Position numbers and translations under genes: made by a program
Source of the DNA: a virus
Taxonomy: Duplodnaviria; Heunggongvirae; Uroviricota; Caudoviricetes
Reading direction: 5' to 3' (one strand)
IMG/VR virus record: IMGVR_UViG_3300028601_000019
Coordinates: 68,130-132,129 of that record
DNA: 64,000 nt
Notes under the pieces: generated by a model
What the model was told of the DNA's origin: nothing
Database searches by the model: none
Seen by the model: only the letters and a program-made list of their open reading frames with translations
Shown here: positions 1 through 12,216 of the stretch, piece after piece
How the letters are laid out: the number at the start of each line of letters is the position of its first letter
Position numbering within the stretch: position 1 is the stretch's first letter

Positions 1-2
1 AT

Positions 3-398
3 ACAATCTTAGGCAATAAAACCCTTTTTACAGATATTTCTAATTCAAACGCATATCATCTTCATACAAACGAAGATGATCCAAAGATTGTAGACAATAT
101 ATTTAACGATTTTTGAATAAAAAAATATAGTACTCAACAATGCATAGCATTTACTGTTAAGGGGCATGAGAAAAGAAAATGTGGAGAAATAATTGAAGTA
201 AACTGACCAAGTATATGGGCCGATGAGATATATAATAAGAATCTACAGGGTAAATATCTTATTAAAAGCATTACTCATAGTTTTGTTCCGCATAGCAGGC
301 CAGCCTTTTCTCAAAAAATGGTGTGTATAAAAAATGGATATGAAGAAAGCGATGTTAAAGAATTATTGGATTCTGTTAATAAAAATGTGTCGAATTAG
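3..398 (+). CDS. Baseplate hub / gp27-like protein, 3' part (code 4, 2 in-frame TGA)
   Basis: Frame open from the window edge to TAG 396-398 if TGA 114 and 204 are Trp. Ends with GHEKRKCGEIIEVNWP...GKYLIKSITHSF and lies directly before gp5. Confidence 0.6.
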
Positions 399-406
399 GA
401 GTTATT

Positions 407-2152
407 ATGATTAGAAATGATCCTGCTGAATTTCAGCCAAGTCCCGAAAAAATACATGGCATTTGAAGGGGTGTCATTGAGAATAATAAAGACCCAGAAA
501 AAAGAGGAAGATGTAGAATTAGAGTTTTCGGCATTCATACTGATATAAAAGAAAAATCCCAGTTTGAAGGCATTCCTACTGAAGAACTTCCCTGAGCAGA
601 ACCGGCCTACTCATTAATGGAGGGTGGTGTATCTGGATTTGGTTCTTGATGTGTTCCTGTTCAAGGAAGTCAAGTTTTCTTATTTTTTGAAAATGGTCAT
701 ATTTTAAAACCTCGATTTTTCGCGTCAATACCTGGCGTTCCAACAGACCCACAATTTGATGATGATGCTAAAACCGGAGCCCAAGATTATAAGGGCAGAA
801 TGAGAGAGCAGGCCAAAAAATTACATGATAGAATTCAAGCTCATTCAGATGATATTGAATTCCTTAATAGTAATGAGCTTGGATCACTTAGTAAAAGATG
901 AGAATCTGGTAATGCTGGACCATATGCCATTTCAAGTGGAGAAAATGATCCTGGGGGTGTGTCATATGGGTCTTATCAATTTGCTTCAAAAAGAGGAACT
1001 GTAGAACCTTTTGTAGCTACACTGCCCCCAGAAATTCAAGCAAATTTTGCTGGACTTACTCCAGGTACTCCTGAATATAACACAGCATGAAGAGAATCAG
1101 TTAATCAGATGGGGGCAGACAATTTCTATCAAGCTGAACATGCTTATGTAAAAGCTAATTATTATGATTTAGCTGCTAATAATATTAATAAATCTACCAG
1201 CATTAATGCTAATGAACGTAGCGCAGGTGTTCAAGACATGATTTGATCTATGAGTGTTCAACATGGTCCATCTGGTGCTAACAGAATTATGAAAAATGCT
1301 GGCGTTACTAATGATATGACAGATGAAGAAATTATTAATAGATGCTATAAAGAAAGATCTAATGTAGATAAATATTTTTCAAGTAGTCCTGCATCTACAA
1401 AAAATAACTTAACTCAAAGATTTCAAGCAGAACATAAAATGGCATTAGCTAAGGCCAATGTTGAAAATCCTCCAGCAGAGGAAGTTATTCCTCCAAACTT
1501 GGCCGCTGCTTCTGTGGATGATCTTGCTAAAGATACAGCTTTAACTGATTCAGAATTTAAACAATCATTTCAAGAGGGGTATGAAAAAGATACTTCTTCT
1601 GTTGGTGGGTTTGAAGACCCAGATGGTTCATATCCTACTGTTAAAAGACTTAATGAACCATCTGCGCATAGATTATTTAGAGAAGAGGGCACAGATACAA
1701 TTCTTGATATTAAAAAGGAAAATATTAAAAGGGGTGTAGACCTTGCTCAAAATAAAGGAACATGAAACGAACCAACCCCGGCCTATTCTCCAGAATATCC
1801 ACATAATACAGTAATTGCAACACACTCAGGAATTGTTATTGAAATTGATAGTACTCCGGACAAGCAAAGACTTCATATTTTTCATCCTTCAAATACATAT
1901 ATAGAAATAGATTATGAAGGAAACTTGGTTATTAGAAATTCAGGTAATAAATATGAAATAACAGAACAAACGAGTAACACTCTAATAGAAAGAGATAAAA
2001 ATGAAACCATTAACAATAATAAAACTTCATTTATAAAAGCAAATGAATATGTTCAGGTAGGTGTTAATAAGAAGGTTGTAATCGGTGGCAATTATGATGT
2101 TGAAGTTACAGGTGTTTGCAATTTAAAAGCTGCTACAATTAATTTAAATTAA
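407..2152 (+). CDS. 5: Baseplate central spike gp5-like: OB-fold + lysozyme-like (VgrG3-type) domain + beta-helix, 581 aa, code 4
   Basis: One frame joined through 7 TGA (464, 593, 647, 899, 1088, 1244, 1763). Motifs WRGVIENNKDPEKRGRCRIRVFG, IPTEELPWA, WNEP..YPHN..HSG, and terminal KAATINLN. Confidence 0.92.
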
Positions 2153-2162
2153 GGAATGGAAT

Positions 2163-2864
2163 ATGGCAACATTATCACCTTGTGAATCTTTAAATACCAA
2201 AATAGATTCCTTATTAATGGACTTTAATTTGTCTACATCAAATGTTTATTCTGCTGTTGGTACTTTAAATGATACTTTAGATACTATGAAATCACAAGCA
2301 GGAATAACAGATCTTGAAGATAAAATTAATTCTTCAAGAAATACAGCATCTTCCGAATTAGGAAATATTATAAACCCACCATATAATTTGGCCGGTAGTT
2401 GTTTAGACTCAATAAGAAGTTCTGTTTATGATGTTTTAAACAAAGCATCTGAATATTCATCCAATGCTTTTGGAAATATAGATGGAATTGCAAATGTATC
2501 GACTTTAATGAGTCAGTTAGGCAATGTTAAGTCATTGGTTAATGATCTCGGAATAGGAAATCTTTTACAAAAAATTGACCAAACACTGGGGTGTTTGGCT
2601 GATAATAATGATTGTATTCCAATAGATAAAATTGATACTGTGTTGGCTTCAATATCAAATACTTTAGACACTACAGGACTAGGTGATACTGGGATGTTCG
2701 ATGTTTCAAAAATACTTGATAATATACCAGATTTTAATTCTGTACTTAAACAAAATATTTTGGATTTAGATGTAGCATCAAATTTATTAGCAGATCAAAG
2801 TAAAGTTTCTATAGAATCCTCTTTAAAAACAGCATCTAAATATTATGATTCTTCTAAATGGTAG
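2163..2864 (+). CDS. Hypothetical virion protein, 233 aa
   Basis: Intact ORF between gp5 and gp25 with an upstream RBS (aaggaa). Confidence 0.75.
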   Translation: MATLSPCESLNTKIDSLLMDFNLSTSNVYSAVGTLNDTLDTMKSQAGITDLEDKINSSRNTASSELGNIINPPYNLAGSCLDSIRSSVYDVLNKASEYSSNAFGNIDGIANVSTLMSQLGNVKSLVNDLGIGNLLQKIDQTLGCLADNNDCIPIDKIDTVLASISNTLDTTGLGDTGMFDVSKILDNIPDFNSVLKQNILDLDVASNLLADQSKVSIESSLKTASKYYDSSKW

Positions 2865-2870
2865 GTAAAA

Positions 2871-3245
2871 ATGGCAATTTGAAAAGATTTTGATATAGAA
2901 ATGACAAAAAAGAATGATGGTGATATTCTTGAAATGACTGATGAAGATGCAGTTAAAAACTCATTAAGTAATATTTTTAGAACAATGAGAGGATCGCGGA
3001 GAATGGTCCCCCTTTTTGCAATAAATATATATAATTATTTGTTTGAACCTTTGGATGAAATAACTGCACTGGAAATAGGAAATGAAATTTTTACATCTAT
3101 AACAAATTGAGATTCTAGAATTGAATTATTAGATCTTCTTATAGCTCCTAATTATGATAACAATTCTTATGATATTTCAATACAATATAAAGTAAAAAAC
3201 TTTCTAAACATTCAAACATATACAAATAACTTATATAAATTATAG
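2871..3245 (+). CDS. 25: Baseplate wedge gp25-like, 124 aa, code 4
   Basis: AVKNSLSNIF..RGSRRMVP..LFEP and ITN-W-DSRI (canonical WEPRI position is TGA 3108). Confidence 0.9.
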
Positions 3246-3253
3246 GAAATATA

Positions 3254-5041
3254 ATGAACGAACTAAATCCAACATATCTGGAAGCAGATTTCAATTCACT
3301 TAAACAAAAGTTTATTTCAATCCTTCAAAATAATGACACTTTCAAAGACTATAATTTTGAAGGGTCAAATATTACAATGTTGATAGAGCTTTTGTCATAT
3401 CTATCAGAGCTTAATACATACTATGTTAATAAGCTTGCTAAAAATATGTTTTTAGATACTACTGATGTATATGAAACGGCGTCTTTAATGGCTAATCTTA
3501 GAGGCCACTATCCAAAAGGTTATATTGCTCCAAAAGTTAAATTAATTATTGATGTTACAGTTGATGAATTTTCTGTAAGTATTCCAAACCCCGGAGATCA
3601 ACTTTATATTCCTAAATATTTTCCATTTGAAACTGGTTTACAATATAATGATGAAGACATCTTTTATATTACACCCAAGGATTATACATTTTCAATTCCT
3701 GTAACAGCTACTGATACATATCAGATGGAAATTGAATTGAAACAAGGTGTTATTGAAACTCTTTCCTATACTGGGGAAGATGTAATTAACAATGTAATTT
3801 ATCTTCCTTTTTATTCTTTTGACCATGACACTGAGCCGTATGATGAAGAAAGCTCTATTGTTCTTTATGTTAATGGTGAACCATGAACACGGATAGAGAA
3901 TTTTATTGATGATTATTCTAATCTTGAAGATAATGATAAGGTATACAGATTTGAATATAACAAATTCCAGCAATACTGCATAAGATTCTCTACTGCTCAT
4001 TCTATTCCTAAAAGTTCTGACCAGATAAGAATCTTGGCTCTAAAAACTTTGGGCGATGGTGGTAATATTGGTGCATTTGTAATGAGTGAATTTGAAAACA
4101 TTCAAAATCTTCCTTCTTTAAATGGGAATACGTTTGAATTTACAGATAACTATTTCATTAGAAACATTACTAAAAACTATGGGGTTTGGGCATCAAGAAT
4201 TTCTATTGAAAATAGGGAAACTTCATACAGTTCATCAAGTCCAGAAACGATTTCTGAAATTGTTAATAGCTCTACAGGAGTTCTTCAAAGCCAATATAGA
4301 AATGTTACACGAACAGATTATAATAAGTTTTTAGAAACATATCCAGATGTAGTAAAAGCTAATTCATGAGGAGAGAGTGAGGTTAACCCTTATAACACTC
4401 AAGAATATAATAAAATCTATCTATCAGTTCTACCAAATAGATGGGATAGTTCTACTATTTTAGTAGACGAAGATAGTTGGGTTATAACTCCAGGGCTTAC
4501 TGCAAGTATTGATATTCCATCTGAATATACTTCATTATTTACACAAAAATTAAAAGAATATTTAGAACCTAAAAAATATTTAAATTCATTTGAAACCTTT
4601 GTTCTTCCAGAACTAGTATATTTTATTTTAAGAATAGGAATCAAAGTTAAACGACTATATAATTTTACTACAGTTAAAAATGATGTAGAAGCAAAACTAC
4701 AATATTATTTTGAAAACTATAATAGAAACTTTAATGAAGTTATAGATTTTAAAGATATTTTTAATTTTATAATGGATATAACTAATGTTTCTTCTACTAA
4801 TTCTTTTACAAATATTAAGGGTATTGAAAACTTGGTTATTAGAGATATAATGACATTTACTCCTTCTATTACAGCAGACAAAACAGTTATATATGAGCCA
4901 AATGAAATGAAATTATATCCACAATATACTCAAGAAATAGGATCTATTTCAAATGACAATCTTTTAAGACCTATTAAATTAGGTTTTAATCAATTTCCAA
5001 TATTGATTCCAGAAGGATGCCAATATGAGAACGAGGGTTAG
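3254..5041 (+). CDS. 6: Baseplate wedge gp6-like, 595 aa, code 4
   Basis: DFNSLKQ...DYNFEGSNITMLIELLSY, VNGEP-W, ANS-W-GESE (TGA 3884, 4367). Three track ORFs share one frame. Confidence 0.9.
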
Positions 5042-5043
5042 TA

Positions 5044-7788
5044 ATGTACGGTAAATTTTCAGAAATTCCTTATTTCTTAATAACAACATATTTTTCTTCA
5101 CTTGCATTTATAGATAAAGATGCAAGTGAATTACATTCTATGGTAATTGGGCCAAGAAGAACTATTGTTACTAAAGGTGCTCCTGTTCAAGAAATGTTTG
5201 TTAAAGATGAGCAATATGGGTATAGACAAGTTTGGTTAACTCCTGTTGCAACAAATAACAATGAATTTAGTGTTATAAAAAGTAATATAATTACAACACC
5301 ATCTACCACATTTACTGAAATATCTGGTGATTCATATTATTTTAAAATTTATGACATTGTGTCAGAATCAAATTTTATTGAAGATGGTGATGAAATTTAC
5401 ATTAGAAAGGATAGCCCTTTTTATTTTTGAATTCAAGATAAAGCAGAAGATCTATTTGAGGATTTATATTCTAAAGAATTTATTCTTAGAAATTTTATTA
5501 ATACAGATAAAGATTTTATCTATTTTGGAAAAATTTATAGTAAATCATACCAGAATGATCTTTTTATGATTGAATATTACAACATAAAAGATTTCATGGT
5601 TGATATGGTTCCTGTACACCAACAAACCCCAAAGTTCAAAGAGTTTTTAACTTTGTTTGGCGATATGATATTCAATGAGATATATTCTCTACAAAAAAAT
5701 ATTTTTTCAATTTTAGATCCTTTTAGTATTGATGACAGATATTTAAATCATCTTTCATCTTTATGTGGGATTTCGATTGATGATTTAGATTTAAATTTGA
5801 TAAACAAAAGAACTTTGGTTCATGAGTTGATAAATTTATTAAAATCTAAAGGATCATTTTTAGCATTAAGATATCTATGAAAGTTGGTCACAAACAACAC
5901 TTTAAATATTATAAATTTTTATGAAATTTGACATGATAAGACTATTGAAGGAAATGTTGCTCTTTTAGATAGGAAAGAGATTCCTTGATATGGTTATTAT
6001 AATGTTGAGAAAGAAGACATTGATGAATATATTACTCAATGGACAGATAAGTATCAAAGTTTTCCGTATCCAGAAAATTTAGATACATATACTTTAGCAA
6101 CACAATATAAAGTAGAGATTGATCTAACTAAAGAGCCTATTCATCAAAATGAAATTTTCAATGAAACTCTTGCAAACAGAATTTACGAATATTGGGAAAT
6201 TTATAGACCTATTAATAGGGTAGCAAACTATAATGTGTTTGTAAGCCCTATTACTGACTTAACACTAAGAAATATAAGTCTGTATAATACAGAGAAAGAG
6301 GCATATCTTCTTTCTAAGTCATATTTGCAAAATATTTCAGAACCCAACACATCTATTAGAGTTTTTAGAGTTACTATTGAAGATGGTTTTGAATATATTA
6401 TAAATCATAACTTGAATAGCAAATATGTTCTTATTCAACTATATTCATTTGATCTTAAAATGGTAATTCCTGAGCATGTAGAATATATTGATAATAACAA
6501 TCTTAAGATTAAATTGAGGGGGGCACAAACAGTATTCGCTCTTTTAAGAAGACCAAAATTTAATGCTGTTCGTCCATGAGGAACAGAAGATTCTGGAATG
6601 GATACTATGTTTTATGTATCCGACTTCGTAGAAAATCAATACTTTATAATGCCAGATACATTTCAGATTATAGATGAAGTTGAGTATGTTATTGATCCAA
6701 CTAACGAAATGGTTGCTTCATTGTCAAAATATTCATCCGTTCATTTACAAACTAATGTAAGTGATACATGGAATGTTGGCCACAGTTTAATTGGAAATTT
6801 CTTTGTTTCTGTTTATGATACAAGCAATAAGAAAATTATTCCAAAATCAATTTATATTGTGGGTCCAAATCAGGTTTCTATTGAATTTGAAGAACCATCA
6901 ACAGGATATGCTGTATTAACAAATTCTGATGATACGTTAACATTCTTTTCTATGTCCCCAGTTACAGAAATGGAATTTGAACATGGACTAGATTCTGAAT
7001 TATTGAATGTTCAAGTATATGATCTTTCAAATAATGTTGTTTTTCCAAAAAATATAATTTATTTAAATTCAAATAACATAAGAGTTGAGTTTGACGATCC
7101 AGAAGAAGTATTTGTTGTAGTTAAGGTTGCAGATAATAACCCATCTAAATATAAATGAACTATAACACATAACTTAAATAGAAGAGAAGTTTTGACACAG
7201 TTTTCTAATGATGATGGTGTTCAACTTGTTCCTGTTGGAGTAAATTTAGCAGATATCAACGAAGTTAAGACAACCAATAGTGGTGGTGTTGCACTCATGA
7301 CAAATTATGATTATCTTCATAATCAACCAACATCAAGTACTGAATGGGTTGTAGAGCACAATTTTGGTCATATTGGTGCATTGGTAAATACATATGACTT
7401 TGAGAACAATAAGTTATATCCAAAAGAAATAAGATTAGTTGATGATACAAAACTTATTATTTCTTTTGAAGATGCTAAATCTGGATATGCTGTTGCTGTG
7501 TCAATTGGTAGTGTATACTTTAGTAAGATTATTAAAATAACAAAAGTGCGATTTTCTAATAGTGATAGATCCCAAACTATAACAAAAGATATTACAGAAT
7601 TCTGAGACAATGATGATTATATGTTCTTCAGATTAGACTTACCTAAAGAAGTTGAATTGAGTATAAATAGAATTGAACTAATGACAATAGAAGAGGAAGT
7701 AATGTTTGAAACAAATTGCTCTACTATTTTTAAATCTAAGAATTTTTCATTAAGTTCACTCTACAGAATTTTTAAAGGAGTTTTATAA
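5044..7788 (+). CDS. Large baseplate wedge/structural protein with repeated H-N/G-L/F beta modules, 914 aa, code 4
   Basis: Five track ORFs in one frame joined through 7 TGA. It has a gp7/P2-gpI-like segment (ILDPFSIDDRYLNHL...KSKGS) and repeats YIINHNLNSK, WNVGHSL, FEHGLDS, WTITHNL, WVVEHNFG. Confidence 0.75.
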
Positions 7789-8688
7789 ATGAGATACCAT
7801 TTTTGACAGTTTTTAATAAACCAAGAGGGTCAACCAATTAATGATGCTGATATTTCAGTATATGCGGCCGGAACTACCACACCTGTTGTAGTTTATTTGG
7901 GTGAATTGTCTTCTGAAACTGCTAATGTAGCACCACAAGTTAAAACAAATTCCAATGGGTTTTTTGAGTTTTGAATAGGTGATGAAGAAGAAGCAATTGG
8001 ATATACAAGAGGAACTAAATTTAAGATTTCTTGAAATAGAACAGGAATTGCATCTGGAACGATTGATAACATTGAGGTTTTTCAAACTACGGAGGGTGTA
8101 GATGAAACAGATGCCGATTCTACATTTAAAAATAAATTGATAAGTAATGCCTTGGCTTATCAATTTGATACTCATTCTAAACATGATGTTCTTGATGATG
8201 GGTATCCAATTCACGGACTTATGATGGTGGATACAAATTCAACAGAAAATGTTTTTAATAAGGTAATAAGTAACAAATTAGCTAATGAATGGGAAATTCA
8301 TAAAAATTATGAATTTGATTCATTTTCTCCATCTGTGTTAGATAATTCTGCTCATAACCTTCAACCAATAAATTATAATTCTACAGATTCTAAATTTAAT
8401 AAATTAATGGCAGATAATATATTATATGACCTTAAAGCCTCTATAGATCTTTTAGGTGCATATACAGAAACTATCGAAGTTACTGGATGAGTATTGAATG
8501 GTGGAAGTGGAAATTATGAATATAATATTATTCATAATTTAGATTGGGATTTTCCTGCTATTGATTGTTGAGACATAGATTCAAGAATGGTCTATGCCCC
8601 AACAAATATTTATTCTGAAGATGCTAATATAATAAAAATTGAAAATCAAACCCCTCAACGATTAAAAGTAGGAATTTCAAGGAGATAA
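7789..8688 (+). CDS. Virion structural protein, 299 aa, code 4
   Basis: ATG abuts the previous TAA. Open through 5 TGA. Contains a C-terminal IIHNLDW module. Confidence 0.7.
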
Positions 8689-8689
8689 T

Positions 8690-9565
8690 ATGGAATTTTA
8701 TGGAATTGAAATGAAAGGACCACTGTATTTGGAGATTTTTGATATAAAACCAGAATTCCAAAATGAAGATTCTGGTAGATTAATATATGTTACATCAGAA
8801 GAAACTTTATATTATGGCGGCAAAACTATGTGATTAATTCCTGGAGAAAAACTTGTCGCCACACTACAACAAGTTTTGGATGGGGTACTTGATAATAAGT
8901 TTATATCACCCCTTAAATTAAATCAGATTAAAGCATTAAACACAGATATTAATGAAGGAATAGATAATGTAAAATATGTAACCCCTGCTGGGCTAAGGTC
9001 TTTAAAGGCTTCTATAGAGGAATCTTTTGAAGGAATAGATAATGTAAAATATGTAACCCCTGCTGGGCTAAAAAATTATACAGATAACAATCCAGGAATT
9101 TTACCTGGAACTATTATTTATTATGCAAATAATACTCCACCAAGTGGATATTTAAAAGCAAATGGTGCTGCCATTTCTAGGTCTACATATTCAAATTTAT
9201 TTGATGTTATAGGTACTACATTTGGAGTAGGGGATGGGACCACAACATTTAATCTTCCTGATCATCGTGGTGAGTTTGTTAGAGGATGGTCAGATGATAG
9301 AGTGGATTTAGATAGTGGAAGAGTTTTTGGATCATTACAAGAGGATGCTCTTAAAAAAATCACAGGAACATTGTGGGGTTATACTGGGTTTGATGGGGTC
9401 TATGCAGATGGGGCCTTTAGATTTGTGTATTCAAGATCTTCTGGGGGTCAAAGTGGTATTTCTTTTAAACATGGCACATTAACATTTGATAGTTCAAGAG
9501 TTGTTCCAGAATCAGATGAAACTAGACCACATAATATTGCTCTTTTAGCATGTATTAAATATTAA
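8690..9565 (+). CDS. Tail fibre with phage tail collar domain, 291 aa, code 4
   Basis: PGTIIYYA...GYLKANGAAISRSTYSNLFDVIGTTFGVGDGTTTFNLPDHRGEFVRG. The N-terminal anchor is joined through TGA 8831. Confidence 0.88.
8953..9071 (+). repeat. Exact 44-bp direct repeat (75-bp period) in the tail fibre gene
   Basis: tgaaggaatagataatgtaaaatatgtaacccctgctgggctaa at 8953-8996 and 9028-9071, encoding EGIDNVKYVTPAGL twice. Confidence 0.95.
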
Positions 9566-9590
9566 ATTTGTTTCAAATTAAATAATTAAG

Positions 9591-10145
9591 ATGTTTATAT
9601 TTAAATATGATAAATTAACAAAAATATATATTGGAAAAGAGGAGGCAGATGAATCACCATTGGAACATGGGGTATATCTCCTTCCTCAGTTTGCAACCTT
9701 TTTAGAACCTCCAGAATGTGATAATGAATATGAAATTGTTGTGTGAAATGATGATTCTTGAAAGATTGTACAGTTGGAAGAAGTTTATAGTTTGAAAGAT
9801 AAAAAAAGAGAATGATTTCAAATTCTTTTAAACATATATAATTTTAAACTTTCGAATATCAAATGACATGAGTTTTCTTTTAACTACAACAATGTTTTAA
9901 AATCGATAGTTGAGAATATGTTCTTAAAGGTTGATGAAATATTTTTGGAATCGAATAATCGAGGTCTTATAAAGATAAATTCTTACACTTTTAATTCAAT
10001 AGTAGAAGAAGTAATGCAATATAAGAGAAAATTAGATGAATGAAGATTCTCTTTAGAGAAAAATATAAATAGTTATAAGACGATAAAAGAATTAAATGAT
10101 TTTTATTTAAGATTAGAAGAACACCAAAACTCTGATGAGATTTAA
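9591..10145 (+). CDS. Tail fibre assembly protein (Tfa-like), 184 aa, code 4; absent from the ORF track
   Basis: YIGKEEADESPLEHGVYLLPQFATFLEPP...VV-W-NDDS-W, with 5 TGA. Confidence 0.8.
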
Positions 10146-10227
10146 CAAGCACATCTTTCAAATTTCATCACTAATCTTAAATATCATAAACAAAAAAGCT
10201 TATTTAAAGAAATAGAGAGGATCAAAC

Positions 10228-10560
10228 ATGAAATTTCATGGAATTGATATGCGTGGTAAATTCGTTGTTCAGCGATTATCAACTATTCCTACATTTGTGT
10301 CAACAGATAAGGGAAGATTGATTTATGTTGAAGATGAAGACGAATTTTACTTTGGTGGAACTTCCGAATGAAAAAAGGGCGGCGGTGGTTCTGGGGCTGT
10401 TGGTGGTGGGGATGATTTACTTTTTTATGAAAATGATCAAACAGCCACAACAGACTATACTATTACAGCAGGAAAAAATGCAATGACTACTGGACCAGTA
10501 TTGATTGATGATGGTGTAAACGTAACAATTCCTGACGGTTCACGTTGGGTTATTCTATAA
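10228..10560 (+). CDS. Tail fibre adaptor, 110 aa (anchor domain + FYEN..TITAGKNAMTTGP module), code 4
   Basis: N-terminus is paralogous to that of 8690. One TGA at 10369, followed by a Gly-rich linker. Confidence 0.75.
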
Positions 10561-10570
10561 GGAGTTATAA

Positions 10571-11707
10571 ATGAGTAAAATATCATTACACGGTAATGCT
10601 GCTGGAACAGCTACATTTTCTCTACAAGCTCCAGCAACATCTGTAAATAGAAATATCTTTTTACCAGATCAAGACGGTACTCTAAGTACGTCTGATAAAA
10701 CAATGCTACCTGTTGGAGCATTGATTTGGATGACTGGCACAACTGTTCCAACAAGTTTTGTAGCTGCTCAAGGTCAATTACTACAAAGAGCAACATATCC
10801 AGATTTATGGGCGTATGCCCAAGCAAGTGGCAATATTGCTGCTTCTGATGTAAGTTGGGTAGAAGGTCAATATAGTCCTGGCGATGGAAGCACTAATTTC
10901 CGTGTTCCTAAATTTGATGATAGATTCGTTCGTGGTAAGTCGGCTACTAGAGCTGTTGGTTTGGTGGAAGAGGATGAATTTAAGAGCCATACACATAGTT
11001 ATGCTGGTGCTACTGGTGCTCCTACTACAGGATCAAATATGATGACCGCATCGTATGGTACTCCAGGAGCATGGGTTTCTAATGCTACTGGGGGTGACGA
11101 AACCCGCCCCAAAGCCCTCACAATGCTTGCATGTATTAAGGCATATGATTTTATAGACGATCCAGAAGTTATTACTGCTGCAAACGTATTAACAGATATA
11201 ATAAATTTAGAAACTAATAAATTAGACAAATCTGATAATATTGTATTAGGTGCAAGTGTAACTGCAAGTGGAACTGCTGTTGATTTTGAAGATATTCCTG
11301 CTGGTGTTAAGAGAGTTACCGTGATGTTTGATGGGGTTAGTACGAATGGAACTAGTATAATGTTGTTACGCCTAGGCGCTGGTAGTGTTGAAGTATCAGG
11401 ATATGCTGGGGTGGGTGGGTATCTGAGTGTAGGTAATGGTGCTGGGGCCATGATTATGACTAATGGATTTGGGTTTAATACCTCGAACCTCGCAGTCGTT
11501 ATTCACTCTGGTTCTATTACACTTGACTCTTTCGGAGGTAATACGTGGGTAGCCTCTGGTGTAGTGGGTAGGGAGGATTCCGGGACAATTCACTTTTGTG
11601 GAGGCAAGAAATCCCTCTCCGCGCCACTAGATCGCATCCGCATCACCACAGTAAACGGAACCGACACATTTGATGCTGGCACAATTAGTATTAGTTGGGA
11701 ATTTTAA
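10571..11707 (+). CDS. Tail fibre / receptor-binding protein 1 (collar-like domain + conserved C-terminal module)
   Basis: PVGALIWMTG...GDGSTNFRVP and terminal LDRIRITTVNGTDTFDAGTISISWEF. Confidence 0.8.
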   Translation: MSKISLHGNAAGTATFSLQAPATSVNRNIFLPDQDGTLSTSDKTMLPVGALIWMTGTTVPTSFVAAQGQLLQRATYPDLWAYAQASGNIAASDVSWVEGQYSPGDGSTNFRVPKFDDRFVRGKSATRAVGLVEEDEFKSHTHSYAGATGAPTTGSNMMTASYGTPGAWVSNATGGDETRPKALTMLACIKAYDFIDDPEVITAANVLTDIINLETNKLDKSDNIVLGASVTASGTAVDFEDIPAGVKRVTVMFDGVSTNGTSIMLLRLGAGSVEVSGYAGVGGYLSVGNGAGAMIMTNGFGFNTSNLAVVIHSGSITLDSFGGNTWVASGVVGREDSGTIHFCGGKKSLSAPLDRIRITTVNGTDTFDAGTISISWEF

Positions 11708-11731
11708 ACAAAAAGTCAAGGAGACATATAA

Positions 11732-11986
11732 ATGCAAATTACTAAAGTAAACGTAAGAACTGGCGAAGTTATTAAGAGAAACATGACCCCAGAAGAAATT
11801 GCTGCTCTTCCAAAAATTTCTGAAGAACAGAAAGCTAAAGAAGAACAAGAAAGAGTTAACCAAGAATCACTTGCTTACTTAAAAGAAACAGATTGGTATG
11901 TTATTAGATTTCAAGAAAATGGAACCCCTATTCCAGAAGATGTATTAGCAAAAAGACAAGAAGCAAGAGATAAGGTAATAAGATAA
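11732..11986 (+). CDS. Tail fibre assembly chaperone-like protein
   Basis: YLKETDWYVIR...P..V...RQEAR, typical of small fibre chaperones. Follows a fibre gene. Confidence 0.65.
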   Translation: MQITKVNVRTGEVIKRNMTPEEIAALPKISEEQKAKEEQERVNQESLAYLKETDWYVIRFQENGTPIPEDVLAKRQEARDKVIR

Positions 11987-12207
11987 TGGCTGGTATATTA
12001 AACGTAGACGAAATTGCAGACTCAACGGGTACAAGACCCGTTTTGTTTGCAAGAGGCGTTCAAAGTTCATTTTATGAAACTAAGGCAACTATTGATTATA
12101 GTCATGCAATTACTGCTGGCCATAATGCAATGACTGTTGGGCCAATTACTATTGCAGATGGAATTACAATTACTGTTCCGGACTCTAGTGTCTGGACGGT
12201 GGTTTAG
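11986..12207 (+). CDS. Second adaptor module (SFYE..ITAGHNAMTVGP)
   Basis: Paralogous to the C-terminal half of 10228-10560. Confidence 0.7.
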   Translation: MAGILNVDEIADSTGTRPVLFARGVQSSFYETKATIDYSHAITAGHNAMTVGPITIADGITITVPDSSVWTVV

Positions 12208-12216
12208 GGAGAATAT

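Noticed and set aside
8953-9071. 44-bp direct repeat as an att site or CRISPR remnant
   Set aside because: It is in frame and encodes a typical fibre shaft repeat (VTPAGL), so a simple intragenic duplication explains it.
407-10371. TGA as Gly (code 25), as selenocysteine, or as pseudogenising stops
   Set aside because: TGA aligns with conserved Trp positions (LPW, WEPR-like, GCWP). It occurs in dozens of essential genes with no Cys/Sec context, and no frameshifts accompany it.
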